From positions 2,531 to 66,530 of the forward strand of contig CAKQVV010000001.1 in the NCBI GenBank assembly GCA_934277845.1: 64,000 bases of DNA. Direction: 5' to 3'. The stretch is from an uncultured Clostridia bacterium. Lineage in GTDB: Bacteria; Bacillota; Clostridia; Christensenellales; Pumilibacteraceae. A program made the translations under genes and the position numbers. This document shows positions 26,051-34,895 of this stretch, piece by piece. Numbering within the stretch: position 1 is the first letter of the stretch; the number at the start of each line of letters is the position of its first letter. The notes under the pieces were generated by a model. It saw nothing but the letters and a program-made list of their open reading frames with translations. It was not told the origin of the DNA and searched no databases.

Positions 26051-27685
26051 TCAGTTGGTAAGTCCCGCGTCGTTGACGGCTTTCGTCCATTTGGCGTCCG
26101 TCCAGTTGAGTTCGGTTTCGCGCTGATAGTCGGCGGGCGTTTTGGTGTTGCCCTCTGCGCCGAAAGTCGCGTAATACGACCCCGAAACAAACGGCTTTAC
26201 GCCGCCGTAACGGTACAGCGGGAACGCGCGTTCCTGCGGGAGCGTATAGATCTCGAACGCACCGTTGTTAAAGTATTCCAGACGCGATTTTTGCAGGCCG
26301 GATAACGACGCAAACAACTCGGGATTCTTTTCCACGACGTTGTACTTGACCGGGAGCGAAGCACCGCCCGTGCTGCGGATATACGATTCGTTGGCAATGT
26401 CCGTCGTCATAAAACGCAGGAAGTCCATCGCGACGTCTTTGCCTGCCGCATAAGCCGGAATCGCGGAAACGTGTGCCGCTCCTACCGAGTAGACGATCGA
26501 ACGCGCTTCTCTGATTCTCGCGAAGTCCGCCGCGCTCACGCCCTCGTAAGAAGTCTTGCCTTCGTCCACTGCGGTAATTACCGCCGACAGCGTTTCGTCG
26601 GTCATATTCTTGTCTTCGAGAGTTTCTACGATCGAACTGACAACCGGAGTGCGGAGCATGCGGATATCGTAACTTATCCCCTGCTGATTTTTCACTTCTT
26701 CGCGAATGGACGACATTTCGTTGTCGAACCAGTCGCCGTTGGCATGGAACACTCCGTTACCTTTCAGAAACATGGTCTGCGCGGTCTTGAAGTCGTAAGT
26801 GCCGGACGAAGGATTGAGATAACCCTTGTCGTATTTGAGAAGTTTCTCATAAACTTCGAGCGCGCGGATTCTGCCTTTTTGCGTAAAAATATTCTTGGAA
26901 ATACGGTTTTCGTCCACGCCGTTCCAGAAGTCGTTGAAACCTTGCTTGCCCTGATACTGCGCCCACCAGATATTGAAAAGGTACGCCCAGTAATCGGCGT
27001 CTTTCGACTGAATGAACGAGTAGCCGAGGTTGTACTTGCCGTCGTTTGCGCCGTTTCTCGCAGCAATCGCGGCACACACTTTTTCGAGTTCGTCCGTGGT
27101 ATTGGGTGCTTTCAGTCCCATTTCGTCGAGAAGGTCTTTGTTGTAAAGGAAACCTTCCATACCGCCCGCCCAGGACATAAAGTAATACTTGGTATCGGCG
27201 GTTGGATCGTTCGGATCATAGTAAGCGTTGACCTTATTATAGCTGTCGAAGATCTTGTCGATTACCTTGACTCCCCTGTCCTCCTCGCCGGGAACGAGCG
27301 AGTTATAGACGGTTTCGGTAAGGTCTGCGCAGCGCTCCTCGCCCGACGGACCTACGCCCATGTAATCCCACGCGAGCGAAGTGTCGAAAAACAGATCGAT
27401 CGTGTTATTCTTCGCGCCGGCGTCTATGCGCGAAGCGGTGAAGTTTTCCACGTCGTTGCTGCGAAGCGGAAGCACGGTCAGGTTCGGGTATTTTTCTTTT
27501 ACCCAGTCCTGCTGCTGAAAAAGCTCCATAAGATCCGAGCACCATTTCGTGCCGTAGCCTTTGTCTGTACAGAATACTTCCAGCACGTTTTCGGTATCGG
27601 CGGGAGTTTTGGGCTTGCAGCCGATCACGCCTAAAGTTGTGAACGCCATGACCGCCGCAAACAGTAAATACGCTAATTTTTTCAT
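26051..27685 (-). CDS. Extracellular solute-binding lipoprotein of a carbohydrate ABC importer (LplA-type, large)
   Basis: 544 aa. Signal peptide with lipobox VIGC, sitting directly downstream of two MalF/MalG-type permease genes. GGAGG RBS. Confidence 0.8.
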   Translation of the reverse strand: MKKLAYLLFAAVMAFTTLGVIGCKPKTPADTENVLEVFCTDKGYGTKWCSDLMELFQQQDWVKEKYPNLTVLPLRSNDVENFTASRIDAGAKNNTIDLFFDTSLAWDYMGVGPSGEERCADLTETVYNSLVPGEEDRGVKVIDKIFDSYNKVNAYYDPNDPTADTKYYFMSWAGGMEGFLYNKDLLDEMGLKAPNTTDELEKVCAAIAARNGANDGKYNLGYSFIQSKDADYWAYLFNIWWAQYQGKQGFNDFWNGVDENRISKNIFTQKGRIRALEVYEKLLKYDKGYLNPSSGTYDFKTAQTMFLKGNGVFHANGDWFDNEMSSIREEVKNQQGISYDIRMLRTPVVSSIVETLEDKNMTDETLSAVITAVDEGKTSYEGVSAADFARIREARSIVYSVGAAHVSAIPAYAAGKDVAMDFLRFMTTDIANESYIRSTGGASLPVKYNVVEKNPELFASLSGLQKSRLEYFNNGAFEIYTLPQERAFPLYRYGGVKPFVSGSYYATFGAEGNTKTPADYQRETELNWTDAKWTKAVNDAGLTN

Positions 27686-27701
27686 AAGTTTACCTCCGTT
27701 A

Positions 27702-28634
27702 TTAACCTTTCAAGCCGCCCATGGTAAAGTTTTTCATTATCGTGTCCGAGCAGCATGAGAACACAACGATTACCGGCACGACGGACAGCACGAGTCCCGC
27801 AAAGAATGCGGGCATGTTGCCTTCGCGCAAGAAGTTACTGCGTTGCAGTCCCGCCGCCACCGTGGGATAATCCGGCAGGTAAAGAAGAACCGTCATATAG
27901 TCGTTCCAGCAGCCGATGAACGAGATGATCGCTATCGTCAGCATGGGCATGAACGCCAGCGGTAGCATGATTTTGAAGAACACGGTGAAGTGTCCGCCGC
28001 CGTCGATAAACACCGCTTCGGCATAACTCCATGAAATGGAATTGAAAAAGCCGTACATCATCAGAAAGTTTACGCCGAAGCCGCTGAGCGAGGTCACTAT
28101 CACAAAAAGCGGCGTGTCGTAGATGCCCATATCCGCAACGAGTTTATACATTGCACCTGCATTTCCGACTACCGGAATCGTCATCGAGAAAATCGCGAGA
28201 GTGTAAATAACTCCTCTGCCGCGGAAGCGGTATTTCGCGAGAACGTAGCCGGTGAAAGTACTCATCAGCACGGTGCCGGCAATATTGATCGCGCAGTACC
28301 AGATACTGTTGAAAAACATTTCCGGAAGATACACTTTATTGCCGTACCAGTCCACCATAGCCATACCGACGATAGCGTCTTTGTAGTTGGAAAAACGCAA
28401 TGTTTTGGGAAGCGCGAAGGGTTTTCCGGACGAAAGATTGTCTATGTACGTCAGTCTGTCCTGAAACGAGTTGACGAGAAGATAAAAAAGCGAATAGATT
28501 ATCGTCAGCGCGTACACTGCGAACACGACGAACATAAACGCGTACAGAATCTTTTCTGCGCGGCTGCGCTTGGTCAGTACCGCCACTCCGTCGTCGCGTT
28601 TGAATTTGATTTTCAGCGGAAGATTGCTATCCAT
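27702..28634 (-). CDS. Carbohydrate ABC transporter permease (LplC/MalG-type)
   Basis: 310 aa, six hydrophobic segments, EAA-like loop ..SISWSYAEAVFIDGGGHFTVFFKIMLPLA... Confidence 0.85.
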   Translation of the reverse strand: MDSNLPLKIKFKRDDGVAVLTKRSRAEKILYAFMFVVFAVYALTIIYSLFYLLVNSFQDRLTYIDNLSSGKPFALPKTLRFSNYKDAIVGMAMVDWYGNKVYLPEMFFNSIWYCAINIAGTVLMSTFTGYVLAKYRFRGRGVIYTLAIFSMTIPVVGNAGAMYKLVADMGIYDTPLFVIVTSLSGFGVNFLMMYGFFNSISWSYAEAVFIDGGGHFTVFFKIMLPLAFMPMLTIAIISFIGCWNDYMTVLLYLPDYPTVAAGLQRSNFLREGNMPAFFAGLVLSVVPVIVVFSCCSDTIMKNFTMGGLKG

Positions 28635-28649
28635 AAATTAACCCTCACA

Positions 28650-29597
28650 TCAGTACTCCGCGCTTTCTCTGCGTTCGAGCAGCCAGCGAATCGTCATGAT
28701 TATCGGCACGCCTACAAGCGTGAAACACAGACCCGTGCAGGAAACTATGTTGTAGTTGCCCGTGCCGCCCTGTATGCCGTCGCCGTAAAGCTGCTTGAAT
28801 ATCCAGTATGAAATAGTTGTCGTTTCGTATTGATCCGCGCCGAACAGCAGTATCGGTCCGCCGGCGTTGAATATGCCCGTCAGCGTAAAGATAATCACAG
28901 TGGTGACCGTCGGCCAGATCAGCGGAAACACGATTTTCGTGATTTCTTTCCACGGTCCGCAGCCCTCGAGTTTCGCCGACTCCAGAATTTCGAGCGGAAG
29001 TCTCGACATCGCGCCCGAGAACAAAAGTACGTTGGTGGTAAAACCCGTCCAGATATAGTACCCGACAATCGCGGCGGTGGCGGTGTCCTTGTGCCCGAGC
29101 AGTCCGTACGGCGGTATCGCGCCGCCGAACAGGTGCGCTATATAATCGACCGTACCGTTAGGATCGATGAGCTTGGTGTAAGCCGTAACCATAACAACGC
29201 CGGAAATGATCGCCGGAAGATAGAAAACTATGCGGAAGAACTTGTATCCCTTTATGCGCTTATAAATAAAGTACGCAATCACCAGCGACAGCGGAAGTTT
29301 AATCAGCATGTCGACGGCGAAATATATCAACGTGTTTTTGAGTGCCACGCCTATGCTGTTGCCCACCGGCGTCGTGAGGTCGTTCCAGAACGTGACAAAG
29401 TTGTTGAACGTAAACGCGTCGGTACGCGCGTCGCGGAACGCGAGCGCGATCGTCTGCACGTTGACGAACAGCCAGAAAACCAGCCAGTTTATTACGGGAA
29501 TCGCCAGCATGACGACAATAAAAATCACGCGCGACTTTTGCGTTCTGCGCTTTTTGTTGCAATTTGGCATCTGAGTACTTAATGCGTCGCTGATCAC
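28650..29597 (-). CDS. Carbohydrate ABC transporter permease (LplB/MalF-type)
   Basis: It carries an EAA-like loop LEILESAKLEGCGPWKEITKIVFPLIWP. I place the start at GTG 29595-29597 because AAGGAG (29605-29610) lies 7 nt upstream. The track ORF extends to 29669. Confidence 0.8.
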   Translation of the reverse strand: MISDALSTQMPNCNKKRRTQKSRVIFIVVMLAIPVINWLVFWLFVNVQTIALAFRDARTDAFTFNNFVTFWNDLTTPVGNSIGVALKNTLIYFAVDMLIKLPLSLVIAYFIYKRIKGYKFFRIVFYLPAIISGVVMVTAYTKLIDPNGTVDYIAHLFGGAIPPYGLLGHKDTATAAIVGYYIWTGFTTNVLLFSGAMSRLPLEILESAKLEGCGPWKEITKIVFPLIWPTVTTVIIFTLTGIFNAGGPILLFGADQYETTTISYWIFKQLYGDGIQGGTGNYNIVSCTGLCFTLVGVPIIMTIRWLLERRESAEY

Positions 29598-29773
29598 TTT
29601 GCCGCTCCTTGTTCGTTCTTTTTGCGCGGCAGAATAAACTCCGCCGCATCCTCGCAATAATTGTAGCATACCGGGTACGCGATGTAAATGCTATAATCTT
29701 GCGTAAAATTTGTCATTTTTTTAGTTAACTCCTCGTTTTCCCTTATTTTTACAGCCTAATACTTGCCCTTTTG

Positions 29774-29802
29774 TTGACAATCGCCGAAAATCGATATATA
29801 AT
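29774..29802 (+). promoter_or_regulatory. Sigma-A-type promoter of the divergent AraC gene
   Basis: TTGACA (29774-29779), 17 nt, TATAAT (29797-29802). Confidence 0.55.
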
Positions 29803-29835
29803 CGCGACAGAAAGCAAACGGAGGGGCAAGGCGGA

Positions 29836-30702
29836 ATGACCGAGCGCAATTATTTTCTCGACTTCAATTATCTCGGCGGCGACGAGCGCGCGTTCGGCGC
29901 GGTGAAGCTGTACCAAATCGGGCGGCTATTCTGCTCGCCCTCGACGATTATCGGCACGCACCTGCACGGCGACTGTTTCGAGCTGACAATCGTCACCGAC
30001 GGCGAGGGCGCGGTGGTAACCAACGACCAGCGGCTAAGCGTCGGAAAGGGCGATATTTATTTCTCGTTCCCCGGCGACTTCCACGACGTCGTGACAAGCA
30101 AGGACAATCCGCTCAAATACGATTTCTTCGCCTTTAACACCGACGACCCCGAGCTTAAAGCCGACCTTGCGGAAGTGATGAGCACGCTGAGCGTCACCAC
30201 GCGTATTTTCCGCGACGACCGAATCGCAAGCCTCGTTTCGCAGGCGATTGCCGAGCTGTCGTCGGAGGACGAATACTCCGAGCGCGCGCTGTCCTGCATA
30301 TTCCTGCAAGCCGTTTACTATATCGTGCGCGATCTCAAGCGGCACGCCGTGGCGGCGAGCGCGGACGGCGTTTCGTCGGACGAACAGCTTTGCTACTGCA
30401 TCATGAATTACATCGACACTCACGTATACTCGATGACGGTGCTGAGCGAGCTTGGCACCGTCTTTAACTACAACTACAGCTACTTGTCCACGACATTCCA
30501 CTCCACCACGGGGCGAACGCTGAACGACTATTACCGCTCGCGCAAGCTCGAAGTGGCGCGGCTGTTGCTTCGCGAGGGTAAGCTCAACGGCAGCCAGATC
30601 GCCGAAAAACTGAATTTCAGTTCGCTATACTCGTTCTCGAAGTCGTTCAAAAGCAAGTTCGGCATGTCGCCGCAAGCCTATAAAAAATCGCGCCGCGACT
30701 AG
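29836..30702 (+). CDS. AraC-family transcriptional regulator (divergent from the ABC/lipoprotein operon)
   Basis: 288 aa with an N-terminal cupin-like part. C-terminal LSELGTVFNYNYSYLSTTFHSTTGRTLNDYYRSRKLEVARLLL...FSSLYSFSKSFKSKFGMSPQAYK. Confidence 0.85.
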   Translation: MTERNYFLDFNYLGGDERAFGAVKLYQIGRLFCSPSTIIGTHLHGDCFELTIVTDGEGAVVTNDQRLSVGKGDIYFSFPGDFHDVVTSKDNPLKYDFFAFNTDDPELKADLAEVMSTLSVTTRIFRDDRIASLVSQAIAELSSEDEYSERALSCIFLQAVYYIVRDLKRHAVAASADGVSSDEQLCYCIMNYIDTHVYSMTVLSELGTVFNYNYSYLSTTFHSTTGRTLNDYYRSRKLEVARLLLREGKLNGSQIAEKLNFSSLYSFSKSFKSKFGMSPQAYKKSRRD

Positions 30703-31974
30703 TCACGACATGGCGAGCCGAAGCAAGCCCGCGGCGTTCACGAGCGAACACCACCCGGCGTAAACAGAGTCCGAGCCGCCTTCTTCCGCGGAACTGCTCT
30801 CGTGGATATTCCCGCCGTAATCGCCCTTTTTAAGATCGTACATGCCTCTCCACGCTCCGTCGATAAGCGGCGAAGCGTTTTTTATCTGTATCGAACACAA
30901 AAAATCGCCCAGTTTTTTGGCTTTTATAAGAACCGTCTTGTTCCCTAGCGCGCGATAAGCGTAGTAAAGTCCGTTCAGCGCGAAGCCCTCGGTGTACACG
31001 AGGTCGAGTATGTTCGGGGAATTGCTCTGAGAAGCCGCCGCGGTTTCGGGCGTGCAGTTCAGCACTCCGCCAGTCGTGGAATCAATCAGCGACAGACAGA
31101 AGTCCGATACCTTTTCCCCCGCGGCTTTCAGTTTTTCGTCGCCGTTCGTCAGAAACGACGAACAAAACGCGAGCAACGCTATGTAATTTTCGGACGAAAC
31201 GGGACGCCAGTTTTCGCAGCGTTCGAGTTCGTAGGCTGTTTTTATTCTGCCGCCGTCGAAATACGACAGCGCGAGCGTAAACGCGCGGTTTGCCGCGTTA
31301 AGGTAACGGCCGTCATGCGTCACATCGTAACAATCGTACATGGCGCGCATCATCCACAGCGTGGAAAACGGCGAATGCGCATCGCCGTTGACGTTTTTGC
31401 CGCCCATAAAACTTCCGTCCTCTTTCTGAATACTCAGCCAGAATTCTCCGGAAGCGAGCGCGACGGAAAGCAATTTTTCGTCGCGTGTATCACGATAAAT
31501 TTCGATAAGGTTGGAAATGATTTTGCCGTTATCGTTCTGATACAGCGTCGGATCGGCGCAATTATACTGCTTTTTGCCGTCCAGCAGCGCGAACGGATAA
31601 CCGCCTGGTTCGCCTTGCTCGTAACCGATACGCGAGCGTTCCAGCCATCTGAATACGTTGTCGAACTCGCGTGCATAAGCGTCGCTGCCCGTTGCCTTGC
31701 GGTAAAGATGCACGGCGAGCAGGTATTCCGAAGCCGTGTCGGGGCGGCAAAGACTGACTCGCTCATTCTTCGAGATGCGTATGCGCTCGTAAACGCCCCA
31801 CGACCCGCCGTCGAACGTAAGCATTTGTTTTTCCACCCATTCGAGGCAAGCACCCGCCGCCGCAATGTATCTGTCTTTCATGTCGTTTTCGGGGTTTGCT
31901 TCGTTCGTGCGCACGCAGCCTGCCGCCGCGACACAAACCGCCAGTACCGACATCCACGCACACAATCTTTTCAA
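30703..31974 (-). CDS. Lipoprotein with prenyltransferase/squalene-oxidase-like (alpha/alpha-toroid) repeats, function unknown
   Basis: It has recurrent GGSWGVYE, GGYPFAL, DGSFMGG, TGGVLN and DGAWRGMYD motifs. I place the start at TTG 31972-31974, giving (M)KRLCAWMSVLAVCVAAAGC (lipobox AAGC), with GGGAGAAGG upstream. The track ORF extends to 32055. Confidence 0.45.
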   Translation of the reverse strand: MKRLCAWMSVLAVCVAAAGCVRTNEANPENDMKDRYIAAAGACLEWVEKQMLTFDGGSWGVYERIRISKNERVSLCRPDTASEYLLAVHLYRKATGSDAYAREFDNVFRWLERSRIGYEQGEPGGYPFALLDGKKQYNCADPTLYQNDNGKIISNLIEIYRDTRDEKLLSVALASGEFWLSIQKEDGSFMGGKNVNGDAHSPFSTLWMMRAMYDCYDVTHDGRYLNAANRAFTLALSYFDGGRIKTAYELERCENWRPVSSENYIALLAFCSSFLTNGDEKLKAAGEKVSDFCLSLIDSTTGGVLNCTPETAAASQSNSPNILDLVYTEGFALNGLYYAYRALGNKTVLIKAKKLGDFLCSIQIKNASPLIDGAWRGMYDLKKGDYGGNIHESSSAEEGGSDSVYAGWCSLVNAAGLLRLAMS

Positions 31975-32152
31975 AGTCCCCTTCTCCCTGTGTAGTATCG
32001 TAAAACTATTATACCCGCTTTCTTCGTCATTCGGCAATGTCCGCGCTTTTTGCAAAACTTGTCATTTTTTTATAATTCGCGGGCAAAACAAGAAATTCCC
32101 GGAAATTATATGGTCAATTATTTGTCCGATACAGTAAATTCCACACGCAAAA

Positions 32153-32191
32153 AGGTCATTGCCTTTACTTTGGCAATGACCTTCGTCTTTT
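32153..32191 (-). terminator. Intrinsic terminator of the 353-aa gene
   Basis: AAGGTCATTGCC-tttactt-GGCAATGACCTT, with a T-run on the minus strand (AAAAA at 32149-32153 on +). Confidence 0.7.
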
Positions 32192-32221
32192 GAATTACGC
32201 ACTATAAAAACGATTAACTTT

Positions 32222-33283
32222 TTACTCTCCTTTCAGCACTTTGACGGCGGCGGCAAAGGCGCGGAGTTTGTCGTCGTTTATCACGATTTTGCCGGACTTA
32301 TCGCTGACGGGATCACCGTTTTCGTCCACGGCGACGGTCGGGCAGATCCAGCCGCCTTCCTCAAACTCGTTCCACGCAAAGAACGTGGCGTGACCGACGC
32401 TTGCGGCGGGATTATCACATAGAAGTTTCCGCGCCGCTTCGGCCTGATCGAGTATTTCTTTTTCGCCGAGTTCCTCGTACTCGCCCTCGGGATACCCGTA
32501 CCACACGACGGGCGCGTCGATTCTCGGGCGCGGATCCCAACCCATGGCAACCGCGGGTATCACGGGATTGCCGGTATCGAGACGCTTGCGGTGATGTTCT
32601 TTCCACCAGTCGAAATAGTTCGCGGCGTAGTTTTCGCAAGGCGCGCCGCCCACCGCATACGATCCCACGGCATCGAAACCTTCGTCCTTCCCGGCGTTGT
32701 ACATCGCGACCACGAACGGATCGAAACCGCGCTTTTTCGCCGCTCGCCTTATTTTTGCGGCATAGTCCTCTTCTTCGTCGCGCGTAAAAACGTACACGAG
32801 CGGTCTGCCGTCGATCTTTTCGTAATCGTCCGAACCGAAATCGTCCGCCAGTTTTTCGTAATCACCGCCGTCGAGCCGCGACACGCCGATGATCGCGCAC
32901 CACTTCACCCCGTGCTTGTCGGGTAATTTTTTATAAGCGTTCATGCCGGCGTTCAACCGGTAAAGGTACGGCGCAATGGTCGAAAGTCCGACGTTTTTGC
33001 CGTAGTCGACCTTGTAAAACGGCGTGTTCGGGTAGTAACAGAACATGAAATAATCCGCGCCCGCGTTTGCCGCAAGCCGCGTTTCTTCGTCGGCGTATTC
33101 GGCGGGATCGGTCGGAAAATCGAACTCGGACAGCGCGTCCGCTGCCGAAAACCGCGTATAGAACGGCAGTCTGCCGCGATACTTCGGGTTGCGCAGCGTC
33201 CTGTACGCGCTCGCACCGAAAAAAGTCGTGAGATCGCCGCACGCGTCCCATCTCACCACGCCCACTCTCGTAATTTTGCTCAT
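32222..33283 (-). CDS. Cytoplasmic protein of unknown function, possibly a WbsX/GH99-like TIM-barrel glycosidase
   Basis: 353 aa with no signal peptide. FFAWNEFEEGGW resembles the (S/A)WNEW.EG motif of that fold, which is weak by-eye evidence. GGAGAG RBS. Confidence 0.35.
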   Translation of the reverse strand: MSKITRVGVVRWDACGDLTTFFGASAYRTLRNPKYRGRLPFYTRFSAADALSEFDFPTDPAEYADEETRLAANAGADYFMFCYYPNTPFYKVDYGKNVGLSTIAPYLYRLNAGMNAYKKLPDKHGVKWCAIIGVSRLDGGDYEKLADDFGSDDYEKIDGRPLVYVFTRDEEEDYAAKIRRAAKKRGFDPFVVAMYNAGKDEGFDAVGSYAVGGAPCENYAANYFDWWKEHHRKRLDTGNPVIPAVAMGWDPRPRIDAPVVWYGYPEGEYEELGEKEILDQAEAARKLLCDNPAASVGHATFFAWNEFEEGGWICPTVAVDENGDPVSDKSGKIVINDDKLRAFAAAVKVLKGE

Positions 33284-33358
33284 AATCTCTCCGGCGGCTC
33301 GGAAACAAACCGCAATAATATTTTTGCCGGGGACTTTTAACTTCTGCTTCTGTCACGC

Positions 33359-33387
33359 ATTATAACGTTTTTACGCGCGATTGTAAA
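33359..33387 (-). promoter_or_regulatory. Sigma-A-type promoter of the 353-aa gene
   Basis: Minus strand TTTACA (33382-33387), 17 nt, TATAAT (33359-33364). Confidence 0.5.
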
Positions 33388-33514
33388 GCGCGTAATGCCG
33401 AATTATTGCGCCGTTGTGCCGATATTTTGCGCAAAGCCGACCGAAAACTTAAATGCGGCAGAAGATGACGATATGCTCGCTTTCGGCAGCCCCGATAAAA
33501 TCTTTCGTACATAA

Positions 33515-34753
33515 TCAGACCTCGTTCCCCTCGTAGTCCACCCATTTTTTGCGGTCGGGATCGATACAAACCAGCATTTTATTAAGGTCGGTATCGTAAA
33601 TCTGCTGACCGAGCGTCGGATAGTAAGACAGGCGTTCGGCAGTGCCGCAAACGGTCTTGTGACAGTTGTTGCGCGTCTTTATACCGCTGCCCGAACCGTC
33701 GCTTTCCCACAGTTTGAAGTCCGAAGAATTGACGCTGTTCCAGGCGGTCTGGGCGGTAAAATCGATATTGCCCTTCCACTTGCCCGGTATCTCCTCGCGC
33801 ATAAGGTCGCCGAGCTTGCCGCCGGGCGTGTGCGCCGCGGTGCGTTCGATATTAAAGCCGATAAACGTGACTTCCTGTTCGCCCACGAGCCGACCGTTGC
33901 CGTCGGGCGCGCCGTCGCCGCACCACTTGCCGAAGTACGGCAGATTGATGTTTCTTTCGTCAAGACAGTTAATCAGCGTGATCGGGTGGTTCGAGCCGCA
34001 CCTTAATTCGTAATTGCCGAACGTAAAGCCGTACCTGCCGATCGTAGATCCGCAGTTTACGCACACGACGTGTTCGCCGCCGACCTGTATGCCCTCGTCG
34101 AAACCGTAGGCGTGCACGTTGGTATAATTGCTGTAATTGTAGTTGCTGCCGTCGGTCATGGTAAGACCTATGCAGCCTTTTCCCGGCACGTCGGGCGTAA
34201 TATCCAGTCCGACTCCGCGGGTTTCGAGCGCGTCGCCGTAGGAAATCATCGTGACGTTTTTCGCCTCGACCCTGTCCGTCCTCCTCAGGTCGATACAACG
34301 CACGGCGCGGGAGTTATTCGCAAGCACGACGGCGAGATTTTCAAGCCGCAGCGACGAACCGTTCTGTATGCCGGCTTCCGTCCACGCGCCGCGCATGACC
34401 GACGCTTCGCCGCTTATGCCGGCGAGCGCCTGCGCCGAAACTCGGAACACCACGCCGTCACGGAACGAACGCTGAAAACCGTACTCGTGATTTTGCCCGA
34501 TAACGGCTATTTCGCGATGAACGCGCGGAAAAACCACAGCCGCGAGCGGACCGCCGTCGCCGAAGTCGGTAAAGCCGTCGATATTATAGACGCCGTTGTA
34601 AAAATAAACATTTTTGTTCTTTTCCGCGCACTCGGCAAACGCTTTTACGATCGTGCGCTCGTCGTGCGCGCCGCCGCAAACGTAATCCGCCGAAGCCCGG
34701 CTCTCCTCGGTGCCGTTCGCCGCCGCTATATAAATAAAACTCGCCTTGTCCAT
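33515..34753 (-). CDS. Protein of unknown function (possibly a right-handed beta-helix / pectin-lyase-fold protein)
   Basis: 412 aa from the ATG at 34751-34753 (MDKASFIYIAAANG..., GGGAGA upstream). No signal peptide. The fold call is only an impression from repetitive G/N-rich beta-strand-like segments. Confidence 0.3.
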   Translation of the reverse strand: MDKASFIYIAAANGTEESRASADYVCGGAHDERTIVKAFAECAEKNKNVYFYNGVYNIDGFTDFGDGGPLAAVVFPRVHREIAVIGQNHEYGFQRSFRDGVVFRVSAQALAGISGEASVMRGAWTEAGIQNGSSLRLENLAVVLANNSRAVRCIDLRRTDRVEAKNVTMISYGDALETRGVGLDITPDVPGKGCIGLTMTDGSNYNYSNYTNVHAYGFDEGIQVGGEHVVCVNCGSTIGRYGFTFGNYELRCGSNHPITLINCLDERNINLPYFGKWCGDGAPDGNGRLVGEQEVTFIGFNIERTAAHTPGGKLGDLMREEIPGKWKGNIDFTAQTAWNSVNSSDFKLWESDGSGSGIKTRNNCHKTVCGTAERLSYYPTLGQQIYDTDLNKMLVCIDPDRKKWVDYEGNEV

Positions 34754-34895
34754 AGTTTTCTCCCGTTTTTCTTCGGTGCTTTTTACAAAATAATACCACA
34801 CTCCCGCGAATTTTTCAATCGGTTATACCCTCGTTATCGAAAATTAAAACGGAACCCGTGCGGCTCCGTCTTAACGCGTGATTTATTTTTTTTCG

